DNA of 64,000 nt from positions 22,506,001-22,570,000 of the forward strand of contig CM060731.1 in NCBI GenBank assembly GCA_030704615.1. The letters are read 5' to 3'. The stretch is from Takakia lepidozioides. Lineage: Eukaryota > Plantae > Bryophyta. The notes beneath the pieces are model-generated. The model made no database searches and was not told the DNA's origin. It saw nothing but the letters and a program-made list of their open reading frames with translations. The number at the start of each line of letters is the position of its first letter. Position 1 is the first letter of the stretch. A program made the translations under genes and the position numbers. Of the stretch, positions 50,730 through 63,800 are shown in pieces.

Positions 50730-53372
50730 CATACCAACCCAAAAAAACTATGTAGGGCCCTATGCAAATTATGGGTCAAACAGCCTTTGTATGACCAAGC
50801 TATGGCAGACACAGGCTGTGTATAAGTTAAATCGGATCAAAACAAGGCTCTAAATATATTTTATTTTCCCAAATGGATAAATACTAATATGATTTCTGAC
50901 ATACCCTACATGTTCCCTGCCAATACCCGTAATTCCGAGGACGGATTTCTACATGTGTAGGAGCTTTAAAAACTGGACATCGGTGATTTGGTGCTTGTCG
51001 GTGCATTGATTGTGACACAATAGCTTCATGAGAGTGGTGGCAGGGTTGGCTGGCGTCACTGTTGGTGTCTGAGCAGATAACAAGCACAACATGTCATCGC
51101 TGAATATTGCTTACTTGCTGGCATTCGCGATCGTTTTATAAGAGCATGATCAGACGATACCATTCTCGCAGATTTTGTTTTAGTCCTTGTTTTACTCTTC
51201 AGGATGACTCCAAATGTCCCATGAATGCTCACACCTTCATTTCGATGATCACAACACTGATTACATGTAGGTGGTGTCAGAGCAGAAAGTGAAATTCCTG
51301 GATCAGACCGGTGCATTCATTTTCCAAGACCACGTTCAAGCTGAATTAATTGTCTCCACTAAATATGTGATTTGGATAGGCGCTCCCCGATCCGTGCCAC
51401 CTATGACTCATCGCATTATGTATCCATGGATAGCCGACACACAAACAATGCACAAGCCTCTCATTTTACAATAATAGGGTCATGAACGCAAGCGTGCGAG
51501 AAGGACGGTGGGCCCCTCGTCCGGATGAGGGGCGCCCCCCACCCGCGCCCCGCCCGCCGCTACCCACAGTCGCCCACGCCCGCCGTTGCTGCCGCGGTTG
51601 CACCAACCGTGGCTGCCCCTCCCGGGATCCGTCCACCGGCCTGTCCGCTGCGGCCACTCCGCTGGGGCGGGTCCGCTGGGGCTAGTCCGCCTGTCCGCAT
51701 GTCCGCCCGCCCGCAAGATCTGGGCCGTCCACGACGAATCCCATCGCAGCCTTCCAATTTAGGGCCTTATCTCGCCATTGCCATCAAGATGTCGCTCTTT
51801 GTCGTACGCAACTGCGGTGCGTGCGGGCGGTAGTCGTTGCCTGGTGTTCGTGTCTTTGTGTTTTCGTGACATTTTGTCATGATGTGGAAGGGCAGGAGAG
51901 GAGTCGGAGCCCTACAGCCACCATCGTGCATATGCTTCCACTATCTTCGTCATTTTTTTGTTGCTGGCGGGGCTGTTTTTGCGATTTCATTGTACATGTA
52001 ATGCGTTTTGCCCACTTGGTTTGGCCTCTGTCCGGTCATCGCAAAATGGCCAATGTGTTGTTAGGGTTTATTCCAATGGGCCGACCGATTACAAGCCTGC
52101 CTAAAGACGACCTTAGTCTACATTTGGGATATGGTGTCGCTCAATTTTATAATTATTCATGTTGAGATAGCTGCATCCGTCCGTCAGATCACCTCCTCAG
52201 TCTGGAACGGTAACCATGGGCAAGATGATAGCAAAAATTGCCGAAGCATATGCACATGAGGGCGTGTAAAAACATTGCAGATTCCATATCCAGCCATGAA
52301 CTGTTATGTGTCGTGGGCAGAGTTATCGTTCGTCTGTCAATTGTGTCTACTGGGCTGTGTTAGCCTGAGACTCGTGAACTATCTCACATCTGTAGTATGG
52401 GTCTCCCTGTAAAAAAGTCGGGTTCGACAGCCAATACTTGTCGCCCTGGATACCCATATGTCTGTTGCTTCGTTAGTCTTGCTTTGTTGGTGTGGTAATC
52501 GGAGCCTCTTCGGGAGGCTGTGTCCTCACATCGGCCTGGAATATGTTCGCGAGTCTGTTGCGATGTTAGTCTGTCCTGACAACGGTCTTGCGGCGTCTGT
52601 GTACGCTGGTCAGTTGTGAGAAACTGTGAAACCATGGTGCCGCGTCGAAAATTTGGCGTTACACCCTTCCGTCTGCCAGTCTGTTGTCCTGCCAGTCTTT
52701 TCAGCTAGTCTGTTGTCTCTGTCGCACCATCAGTCTAGTCTGCCTGCAGCTTGTTACAGAAGGCGACGGAACAATTACCATGTTGACCTGCCAGTCTGTC
52801 GACCTGCCAGTTTGTCTGTTTTGTATAGTCTGTTTCGTCGTCAGCCTGTTGCAGTCGGGTGGACCTGCTTAGTGGATTACGTGTTGGTCTGCTCAAATCG
52901 GTTTGCTGATTCTAGTTTGCTTGACTCTGTCTGCTATTCACTCGGTCTGCTGTGCACTGGGTAGACCTAGTAAATGCAACGGCAGCGGTGGCGGCGTCAA
53001 TCATGGTGCGCCACGTCATGCCGTGGGTGTACTGCATTTACGCTCCCGGGTCAGCTTAAACTTCAACTTCGCCTTCCCGCCGGTGTTGTGGTCTGCTTTT
53101 ATGTGAACGTCTGTCTTCCTTGCGCAGATTCTTTCCGCGCGCAGATTTGGAGAGTCATCTTAGACCCCAACAGTCGCCAAGACTGTTGCTCCCGTAGGCC
53201 GTTGCGTTCCTCGTCTTCTGCTGTGTACTTGGTTCTCGCTTCTCTGTCTGTGTCCTCGTATGTAGTGCTCGTTCTCGCCGGTTCTCGCACTTTCTGGACT
53301 CCTCCATTCTTTGCACTTCTCCTTTTTTGTTGGGCCCTCTGCCTTTCTCTGTTGTGTTGTGTTATATAGGCG

Positions 53373-56300
53373 ATGGAGGAAGCCTGCGCGAAGAGCGGAC
53401 CCGACTGGATCGACTTTGTGCACGTCACGCGTTTGAAGAAGCTGCAAAGATATTGGTACTCCCCACATGAGTACGATCGCAAAATAGTGGAAGCATGTAT
53501 TGATCTCCGTGTAGCCAAGGAAGAGAACCCAGAATGGAAGAAGGATAGGCTCAGGTGTCCTTTCTTTGAGGAAGCCATAAAGGACAAAATTCAGTTGAAC
53601 CGCCATTGTGTGGACATAGGTTGCAAGGGCACCATTCCACCAAATTTCAAGCCGTGGCCCATACCGGTATCGCAGAAAGCTAAAGATGAGGCTGTTTTCA
53701 AGAGCCGCGGCGCAAACCCAATTCCGCGAAGTACAGAGGAATTGCGCCAACGGTACTGGCGGGTTGCTGGAAGGATGCAACTATGCAGTCTGGAGGAAGT
53801 GCCTGTGCCTCCCCGCAAGCAAAAACTCAGTGATGGGGCAAAAAAAAGCGGGAGCGAAAGCGGCAAGGTCTACTCGCGATGCAAACCTGTCAGTCCTGCG
53901 GGGGGTCCGTCCGAAGCGCGTCAGGCAGGCTCTGCTCGGGATGCAAGCATTGCGGGCCTACATGGGAGTCCGCCCGATGCGCGCCGGACGAGAAGGTCCC
54001 GGCAGACTATACCCATCAGTTCCTCCAGTGAGTCTGAGTCTGCCGGTTCAGCCCCGCCGGTCTGCCGAGCGTACCGACAACATCATCCGAAATAATGACT
54101 TCGAAGGGCAAGGTCTACTGTCCAGTGCAGTGGATATTGCCTTATCTGAGAGGACAAACTTTGGACATGCTCATAGACAGCCTAGACGACAACACCTCTC
54201 TTGCCCACACCGCCCAGGAGACCCAGCAGCCTGGTCTGCGGGTTGGGCAGACCGAAGATATGGGACTTGAAAAGACCACCCACAAGTCTGCTGGTCCAGC
54301 CTACTCGGGAACGTTGCACCTACTTCGGTTTGGCGTTCTCCCACCAGTCTGCCCACCCCAAGACGATCTGCAGTTCTTCCCCTTTTTCTTCAGATATGTG
54401 CAGACAGGACAGATAACATCAAGTATTCGGGAAGCCGAAGAAAAGTGGTTGAATGCCATGCGTGATGGCGATGCGGGCAACATACTTGACGAGGTAATGC
54501 TATCAAACCATTTCTGCAATTTTATGCATTTTTTTGGGACTACTGTCGATTAGTCTGCTGAACTTCAGCAGACTATGCACGTCCATAGTTCGGTCTCTTA
54601 CTTATTCTGCCCCAGTCTCTGGAGTCTGCTAAAGGCAGTGGTCTGCTCATTGCCATGGTCTGCTGAGTCTTGTGGTGTGCTGAATGGTCATAGAGCTCCG
54701 AATGCCCAATGGATCGTGTGTGTTTTGCTGCATAGCAGCCAGCTCCCGTACGAACCGACTTGTGGTGAAGCCGACAGACCTATTTCTTGTGTTGTCGCGT
54801 AGTCTGTTCATCTGTGGAAGACTTCACCAGACTGTATACGTCCATAATTAGGTCTTCTGAAATGTTTTTGTCTGTTGAAGTCCAGATTGTCTGCTAAGGT
54901 ATGAGTGTCTGCTAAATATCATGGTCTGCTGAGTATTGTGGTCTGTTGAATGTGGATTGTGGGCTGTTGATGGTCTGTTGATTGTCTACTGAGTGTTATT
55001 AAATTCAGTCAGTCCAATGGATCCGGTCTGTTCGATGAAGCTCATTTGTCTTTTGTGGCACAGCACATTGCTCAGTCTATTCGCAAAGCCATATCAACTT
55101 GGCGGACGCCACGTCAGGAACCTCTTTTGCATGTGCGTGAGGTGCGGCTTGAAGTGCAGCGGGTTCGCGAGTACATTTTGATGAAATACCCCGGATCGGC
55201 AGCCGCCATAGACGAACTTGACACGGAGTCGGCAGGTCCCCTCTAGCAGACCGCTGACTTCATCACTCCTCAGGAGACCACAACAGACCACGACAGACCT
55301 CAAGAGACCCCAGCAGACCTCATCACACCAAACCACAGTGAAGCACACGCCAGCAATCATGAGCAGGACTCCTCGCACCTGGGCAGACCGAACCACGCCT
55401 CAGCAGACCTCATACCTGAGACTGGGCCAATTGGACAGGGTGAAGACTATGCCCATTTCCCCTCCACTGTGGGCATTTTTGGGGTGTGGAGATTGTCGTT
55501 ACCGGTGGCGCCGAAGAACGCAGAGGATCCTACACTTCCCCGCTTCAGGATTGGTGACACAAGTGCCCATGTGGACTGGTACAATGACCTGCACCACATT
55601 GTAACGGGCCGGAGGTGGCCCTTTGTCCCTTATCTCTATTCCATGGAGTATACTACGGAAGAAGCCAACCATGTTCTAGAGCAAGCAAGGAAAGTTGTTG
55701 TTTCTTCTTTGAGTGAAGTAAATGAACCGCCACTCCTTGTTCAGCTCCTCCTTATGGATGACCCTCGCCCGGAGGAGGTGTGGCATATGGCTATGACACA
55801 CCCAATGTTCGGTGTCCGCAAGAAGCACTTGTCCGCAGTGACTGCGGTCCACTTCAACCGGATGGCATCATCGTTCATGCAGCATCGGTGGATGCAGTTT
55901 GGAAATTTCACATCATACAAGAAGTTGCTGAAGGACTTGCCCACTCTTCGGCAAGACTTCCTACATGGATCACAGGCAGGAGAGTTTGTTACAGACGGAT
56001 CACAAGCACGAGAGTCTGTGGTAGATGAGGCTATGTTGTGGTTCTCGTATGTAATGGAGCGTGCTGTCTTTGACATTGTCTTGCTTAAACCAGACATGTT
56101 CAGAGCATTGTGGTCTGGCTCGCCGCATCACGGCCGCAGTTCCGCGCTTGCCCACCTTGATTCCGCACTGCTGGACCGCCAAATTAAGGACATCGGACTC
56201 GTTGGAAATCTGCTGGAAGGTACTCGCGCGCTGCTCTATCTCATTCACTGCTTCCCCCCCCCCCCGCCAATCCTCCACCGCATTTGTTTATATCATTTTT

Positions 56301-58666
56301 TGTGTTCCATGCAGGGCGGACAACGGGACCTGGAAATCGCATGCTGAGTGCTTTCGACTCCCTTGCCAGGGCTGCTAGAGAGGTTGTCCTGGCTGTGCAG
56401 GGTCATGAAAACCAGGGGACTGTCCCAGGTCCGGCAGGCTGGGGGGAGGTCTCAGGGGACTGCCGGGGATTTTCAGTGGACTGGTATGCAGACTCAGCAG
56501 ACTAGTTTGGAGTCTCAGCAGACTGGTAAGGAAATTGAGCAGACAAGACATGTCATGGAGCAGACTGCCTTGGGAAATCAGCAGACTACCATGGAGTCTC
56601 GAAATGCCTGTGACCAGGAGACTCACAAACAGACTAAACAGAAGACTCAGGATGACACTGGAAAGGACACTCCCATTGCGAAACAGCATTGCCAGAAGAC
56701 CCAGAAGACCTCACAGCAGATCTCAGTGGAGTCTGCTGAACAATACCCTCCACAGACTGTCCTCCACGACTTGCCCACAACATTTGTTACTGAGTTTGTT
56801 ATAACGGGACAGTGGCACATTCAACGGCCTGACCAACAGTGGATGTCTGAGCATTTGACCCAATTGAAACGGACATCATCTGCCAAACCCAACTTCTTAA
56901 TGTCTGCCAACCCTTTATGCCAGAATCGACTTTACCCCGCCGGATAAGTTCATCCACACACTTTGGCCCACACGATGTAACTATGACCTTGGTAAATCCT
57001 CAGTATCCATCATCCTATATGACTTTTGAGCTTAGCCCTGTCTTTGTTTGTTCACTGGCGAGAGTCATCGATGAATTTGAAGTGAGCGAACCGACCTGTA
57101 GACCAATAAACCGCATCATAGACCTTACAGCAGAATCCGATGAGGGAATTCAAGCCAACCCGGCCCTACATGTCTCTGATTGCACCCTTCCCACCGCTTT
57201 GAACCTCGAGTCTGTTCTGTCAGCAGACCCTCAAAACTTACTTGATGGTGAAATTGATAGTCTGTTGGTGCGCCTACAAGACCAGAACCACCGTATGGCA
57301 GAGCAGGACAGGCAGCAGACTGACAAAACTGCCAATGGGAGTGCACAGACGACTAGAGAGGAGACTACCCTGGACACTGTAGAGTACACTGGCCAGGAGA
57401 CTAACCGGGATAAAGGGCAGGAGACTGTCCAGCAGACTACACGGGGAGTTGTCCAGCAGACTAGGCATGAGACTGCCGTGGGTGCAGATGGCATTGTTCC
57501 GGAGTCTGCCAACGACATTGCCTCGAAGCCTGCAGATGACTCCCACGCCCAACAAAGTATCCGCAAGACTGCCCATGAGTCTGCTCCTGTGTCTGAGAAT
57601 CCCTTCCACCAGACTCCACATTACTCTGCCCAAGAGACTACACACATGTTTGCTCAGACGAGTTCACAAGACTCTAGTCAGCAGACAGCACAAGACTCCG
57701 CCGAGGTGACTGCCCTGCTTAGAGAGTCTGCTCGGAAGACTACAGTAGACTTTGCCCACCCGACTGCACATGAGTCTGCCCAGGTGACTGCAGCAGCAGA
57801 CCCTGCCCACCAAACTGCGAATGAGTCTGCCCAGGTGATTGTAGAAGCAGACCCTGCCCACCAGACTGCGAATGAGTCTGCACAGGTGACTGCAGCAACA
57901 GACCCTGCCCACTAGACTGGGCATGAGTCTGCCCAGGTGACTGCAGCAGCAGACCTGTCCCACCTGACTGCGCATGAGTCTGCCCAGGAGATTGCAGAAG
58001 CAGGCCCTGCCCACCGGACTGCGGATGAGTCTGTCCGGTTGACTTCAGCAGACACACCCCAACAAACTGCAACAAACAATTCCCCAGCAGATTGCAGCAG
58101 ACCCTCTCCAGCAGACTGAACAGATGATTGCACTTGAGTTTTCCAAGGAGACTTCTTCAAAGTATGTCCAGCAGATTGCTATACAGCCCGCCCAGGAGAG
58201 TTTCAATGAGGCGACAGTTGAGGACGTCCGCAAGCAGACTTTGCCTTCGCCGTCTCCGTCTGCTCCTGTTCCTGCCAATGTTGGGTCAACAACAAAGACA
58301 GGCGGTCTGCTTACACCGCCCGATTCTCGTGTTAGTTCAACGCATGCCATTCGTGAGGCTGTGAGGACTGGACCGGCAAGTGTCAACAAACCGACTGACA
58401 CTCTTCTGCTGCACAGCAGAGCTGTAATATTGTGGCAGTTTGGGCAAGTTGTCCCAGACATTGCGGTAGAGAGCGCCTCCGTCCGAGCAGAAAGAGGAAA
58501 AACCCAAAAACGTCCGGTCATTGAGGCGGTCAAGGAGACTGGAGAGGGTCATGTTCAAAAGAGACCAGCCAGGAAAAGCAAGTCAGATGTGTTTATGAAC
58601 AAGGACCGCCGATTGTCTTTGGACATGGCCAATGAGGTGGCAGAGTTACTGGCGTCGAAGAAGTAA
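53373..58666 (+). pseudogene. Hypothetical large protein, fragmented by stops and frameshifts, with a Q/T/E/A-rich repeat region
   Basis: Consecutive plus-strand ORFs 53373-54095, 54095-54553, 55469-56347, 56348-56947, 56917-57915 and 58124-58666. Probable intron at about 54494-55060. Confidence 0.45.
57754..58055 (+). repeat. Tandem repeat, about 6 x 51 bp (17-aa unit AHQTANESAQVTAAADP)
   Basis: Units start at 57754, 57805, 57856, 57907, 57958 and 58009. Confidence 0.9.
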
Positions 58667-60048
58667 GTCATATGTGTCTGCTGCTCGGTCGTGTTTTTTT
58701 AAAGTTGCCTTTGCAGGTATGTATTTTCTGGCAGTCTACTGGCTTCTTGTCTGCAGTCTTGTAAGGCCTGTACTCGGTCTGCTGTGACTGTGCCCCACAG
58801 TTGTGTTTGTCGACTTTGTTGATTGTCAGGTCTGTTGTTCGGTCTGCTGTGACAATGTAGTCCACTGTCCGAATGTCCGAATTTCCACTGTCCGATTGTC
58901 GGGTCTGTTGGTCGGTCTGCTAAGAGTCTCCCTTGACTTTGGTTTCTGGACTTTCTGGTAATTCAATTCCCCCAAGTTCGTCAAAAGAAGTCGTGCAATG
59001 GCGACCAATACAGTCTAGTAGACAACCACCCCACGTCCTCACTTGGGCAGACTACTTGGTTCTACTATTAACTATTGTTAGCAGACTACAACAGTCTCCG
59101 TCTGTTTGACCAGTCTGCCGTGCAGTCTGCTGGCCGTTGAGCAGTCTGCCGGCTAGTCTGTTGCATGCTGAGAAGTCTATCGCGCAGTGTGCTGGCCGCT
59201 CATCAGTCTGCTCGGCAGAGTGTGTGACACTTTGATGCATAGTTTATATGTGTGCAGATGGGCTCCGTATCTGGGCGAGTACGCTCCGTGGGAGCAGTCC
59301 GATGGACAGTGCAGAAGACCACAGAGTCAGTCCATACTGTATGTCTGTTGGACCACCCAGTCTGTTAGCCAAAAACCATCAGCAGACTTGGCAGTGTTAT
59401 TCTGTACTCGTGTAGTCTGCTTCGTAGTATGTTTGGCCATTTCCGCGGTCTGTTGAGCAGAATCCCCAGTCTTCCGCAACTAGATGGTGGGGCGCTCTGA
59501 CCTCTGATGGAATGCACTTCCAGGCTATTAATGATGCAAACATGTATGCACTCTCAAGCACATTGTGGACCTTTTATTTCTCTGCATGGAATATGATGGC
59601 ATAACATTGTTTTGCTGTGTGAGTATGCTGTCTACTTGGGTCCCGCCCAACGGTCTGAAACCTTAACAATTCAAGAGTATATTTTCGTTGCAGGTGTTGG
59701 GGCATACATCCTATTACGCATTCTCCGCAAGACTCTGGGTCGGGTTTTCCATGCTTCGACAAAATCCCTCTTCCTTTTCAAAGACAAATTATTATTGTCG
59801 TCAACAGGTCAGAAAGGTTTTGCTGCACGAGGATGTAGCATCCCAGCATCACTTTTGGCCAGGATATATATAAGCTGCCCTCTACAGATTCGAAGGCACG
59901 ACAACACATGTGTCTCGAGGTACTTGTCATCACCCACAATACGAAGTATATCTGACCATTCTTCGGCCATACTCAGTGGGACGTAGACGGGTTCCTCGAG
60001 GGGTGCAAAGTCACAATCCTCCACAGGTCTGTCCATCGCGACAGTCGT

Positions 60049-60764
60049 TGTCGCGGCCTTTTGCCTTGAGGGCAGGGGGTCGGGACACAAGAGGGGCTGC
60101 CCCTATGGTGAGGGCAGTGGTAGCGATAGGTATGGGGGGGGGCTGAAGCACCCTTGAGTGCCCAAAGCACTCAAGGAGGCGGAGGCGCTCACCCGCACAC
60201 CGGGTTGCGGTGGGGGTGGCTCCACAAGGGGTGGTGGTAGCTTAGCGGGACTTAGTGGGGGTGGCATAGGACTCACCCTGGGGCGGAGACCTTGTGGTGG
60301 GAGTCGTGGGGAGTCTTGGGACTCATCACGGTCCATAGGGGCCGTGGTGGGTGGGCCAAGACTCACCGCGACTCCTCACCGGGAGTCGAGGGTGTTCGTG
60401 GTGGTTCGCCATAAAATGGCATGGTTGTTTGTGAAACCCCCGCGGACAGCTACAGAAGTATATATAGGGAGTAGTAACCCCGAGAACACTGCAAACCCGT
60501 TGGTGACCAAAAACTAGTGAGTAAGCGAGCGAGCCGGAAAGCGACCAAAGAGTGGGGAGCTGTTCCGGACTGCCAACTACCAAAGGGAATTCCGCTGGTT
60601 CCAAATCGTTGGAGGGTTCTTTGGGAGATCAAAGGGGGACTGTTATGCCCCGGTGAGCAGCCGGAGCTCCAAGTTGGCCCGGTGGCTAGGTTGGGAGTTA
60701 GGCGCGCGCATCAAGCGAGTAACTATGACTTGAGGGGGGAGCTTACGAAGTGAGGTGCGTGACA
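60049..60764 (+). repeat. 5' LTR, Galadriel-like copy B
   Basis: TGTCGCGGCC...GCGTGACA, the reverse complement of 50005-50729. Confidence 0.94.
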
Positions 60765-60819
60765 CTTGGTATCAGAGCTTAGAGTTCAGTAGGCGATCGT
60801 CCTTGGGATTGGCCTCATC

Positions 60820-63800
60820 ATGGGGTCGGGCAAGCCAAAGCGAAAGCGGAACGGCCCAAAAGATGATGATCCTGGTGAGCCCGATGGGGGCGACGTGTCA
60901 CCGAGGCGGCCGTTTAAGGAAGCGATGCATGTTTCCGAAAACGAGGCCGCTCATGAGCGGGAGGAATCTGAGGAGTCGGAGCCTGAGGAATCCTTGAGAG
61001 CTCCGACCGACCAACAGATGCCTCCTATGCCGGCAGCCTTTTGGGAAGGGTTGTTGGCGCAATTTGGCGGGACGTTGAAAGATGTGTTGAAGGCGGCTAA
61101 TACCACTTCCACTAAGGCAAAGTTTAAGGTGAAGCCGAAGGAACCCGGCACCTTCGAGGGCGTCCGAAATTGGAAGGCACTCAACACCTGGCTCTTGGAG
61201 CTGGAGCAGTACTTCCGGGCGGCCAAGTTGAGTGACGAGGATCGGGTGGAAGTGGGTCCCACCTATTTGAGGGGCTATGCTCAACAATGGTGGCAAAAAC
61301 GCCTTCACGACCGAGGTCCAAGCCCGGAAACCTTGAACTGGAGTGGGTTCAAGGAATTGATGAAGAGGCAGTTTGTGCCCCTCAACGCGTCCTGGCTCGC
61401 CCGGGACAAGATGAGGAATTTGAAGCAAACAGATGACATTCGGGGATATGTCCAGGCTTTCAATGTGTTGTTGCTCGAAGTGGCGGACATGGCAGAACCA
61501 GAAATGGTCTTCAACTTTGTGGCGGGACTGGCCCCATGGGCCAGGCGGAAGTTGGAGGAGAAGCCACCTAAGACTTTGAACGAGGCAATTGAGAGGGCTG
61601 AATGTTTCTCGGATGTCCCTAAGGGTGAAAGACAAGGCCGTACGGAGCTGAACCACAAGAAGACCCGGCGGGAAGGTGACTCTTTCCGACCGGAAAAGAA
61701 GTGGGATAGGCCACGCGGCGACAATGGCACGTGGAAATCGAAGGGAGGGCCTTCACAAGTCAAGGCGGCACCCGGTGCTTCGAAAGGAAAAGCGGGCGGC
61801 CTATGGCGGACAGAAGGCGACCTCTGATGGAGTGTGTTTCAATTGCGGGGAGCCCGGGCACATGGCCAAGAATGCACGAAGCCCCGGCAATTGAACATGA
61901 CTCGGGCGACCACAGAGCTGTCGGAAGATACCATCAGTCGCTTGGTGGAAGCGGTGGTCGCCAGGACTTGCAAGGTAGGAAAATTTTCTTGTGAGTTGTA
62001 TCAGGAAACTGGCGCCTTACGTAAAGGGAGTCAGTTATTGTTCGTGGATGGGATAATATCTGGAACTAACGTGTCGTTGTTGGTGGACACAGAAGCGTCG
62101 CACTCCTTCATGACACCGGCAACAGCACAAAAGCTGGGACTCCCGACAAGTGGGGGCCTCTATTGAGGTGCGTTCTGCCAAAGGAGAACCGCAATTGGCG
62201 ACAAGGTTGGCGTTTCATGTTCCTCTTCAACTGGGGAGTTGGGAGGGACGTGAGAATTTCACCATCTGCGAGATCGATGGAGTAGATCTCATTTTGGGAT
62301 GACCTTTTTGAGCAAATCCGGAGCGGTCATAGATGGCCGCAAGAGAGTAGTCACGCTGCCATGTGGGAATGGTGGCGAGGTCTTACGAGTGTCGGAAACG
62401 CCCAAACCCGTGGGAGGGCGAATAAACCTCCTGTTAGCAAGGGAGTGGGCCGTGGAGGAGGCACACGAGCCCCAGTTTTTGCTCTACATTAGAGAAGTGA
62501 AGGGAGAAGGCGATGGGGAGCCGAGCCCAAATTGGATCAAGGGGATTTTGGAGAAATACCAGAATGTGATGCCGGAGGATTTACCAAGCGGCTTGCCACC
62601 GCGAAGAGGAGTTGACCACAAGATTGAGGTGATACCGGGATCGGAACCGCCTGCCAAGGCGCCCTACCGGTTGAGCCACAAAGAGTTGGTCGAGTTGAAG
62701 ACTCAACTCAAAGATCTAATATCAAAGGGGTACATCCGGCCGAGTAAGTCACCTTACGGAGCCCGGTGCTATTCGCAGACAAGAAGGATGGGACGCTGCG
62801 GATGTGTGTCGATTACAGGGCTTTGAACAAGGTGACTATAAAAAACCGGTACCCTTTGCCAAGGATCGACGACCTTTTCGATCGGTTGGTAGGAGCGAAG
62901 TATTTCAGCCGGATCGATCTGCCCTCCAGCAATCATCAAATTCGAGTGGCGGAAGGAGATGAGGAGAAGACCGCGTGCAAGACAAAGTATGGTTCATATG
63001 AGTTCTTGGTGATGCCTTTTGGACTCACCAACTCTCCCGCGACCTTTAGCACGATGATGAACAGCCTTTTCCAGGAGTGGTTGGATGACTTTGTGATCGT
63101 GTACATCGATGACATCTTGGTGTATTCGAAAACAAAGAAGGAGCACCTGGAGCACCTCAAAAGGGTGTTCTAGAAATTGCGGGAAGGGAAGCTGTATGCC
63201 AAAGCTTCAAAGTGCGAATTCGGGGTCACAAAAGTGGAGTTCCTGGGGCATGTGATTACACAGGATGGGATCAGAATGGATGACGTGAAGGTGAGGGCAA
63301 TCTTGGACTGGGAGCCTCCGACTTCGGTCCCGGGAGTGCGATCCTTCCTAGGACTCGCCTCCTATTACCGGAAGTATGTGAGAAATTTTGCCAAGATCGC
63401 GGGGCCGCTGTCAGACCTTCTGTGTAAATCCAAAGTCTGGGCATGGAACACCTTTTGTGGCCAAGCTTTTGCTGAATTGAAGCAGCGGATGACGGAAGCT
63501 CCAGTCTTGAAAATCCCGGAGTTCGATCGTCCGTTCGAGATCCATACAGATGCGTCGGACTTCGCGATTGGGGGTGTACTGATGCAAGATGGACGTCCAG
63601 TGGCTTACAAAAGTAAGAAACTGAATGAAGTGGAGCGACGGTGGCCGACGCACGAGAAAGAGATGAAGGCGGTGGTGCACTGTCTTGAGCTTTGGCGCCA
63701 CTATGTTGGTTCCAACCCAGTGAAGGTGTTCACGGACAATGTCACGGTGAAGTATTTTGCCACGCAACCCAAGTTGTCCCCAAACAACTTAGGTGGCAAG

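Larger units (their letters stand above)
43730..50829. mobile_element. Small MITE (about 135 bp, 41-bp TIRs at 43730-43770 and 50789-50829) split by the Galadriel-like insertion
   Basis: TAACTTATACACAGCCTGTGTCTGCCATAGCTTGGTCATAC and its exact reverse complement flank the LTR element. Confidence 0.8.
51480..59500 (+). other. Orphan, probably TE-derived unit: GC-rich 5' island, large disrupted ORF region, CAGAC/GTCTG-rich throughout
   Basis: GC-rich segment at 51480-51740, co-oriented ORF blocks from 53373 to 58666, and recurrent GTCTG/CAGAC. No recognisable domain or termini. Confidence 0.4.

Noticed and set aside
52600-59500. CAGAC/GTCTG as Smad-binding elements
   Set aside because: Plants lack Smad signalling; the match is coincidental.
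51470-59570. Helitron or hAT assignment for the orphan element
   Set aside because: No RepHel or hAT transposase motifs, no partner for the TAGGG start, and no convincing hairpin-CTRR end.
60898-61763. Long antisense ORFs over gag (also 49007-49871)
   Set aside because: These are shadow ORFs of GC-rich gag with no independent motif.
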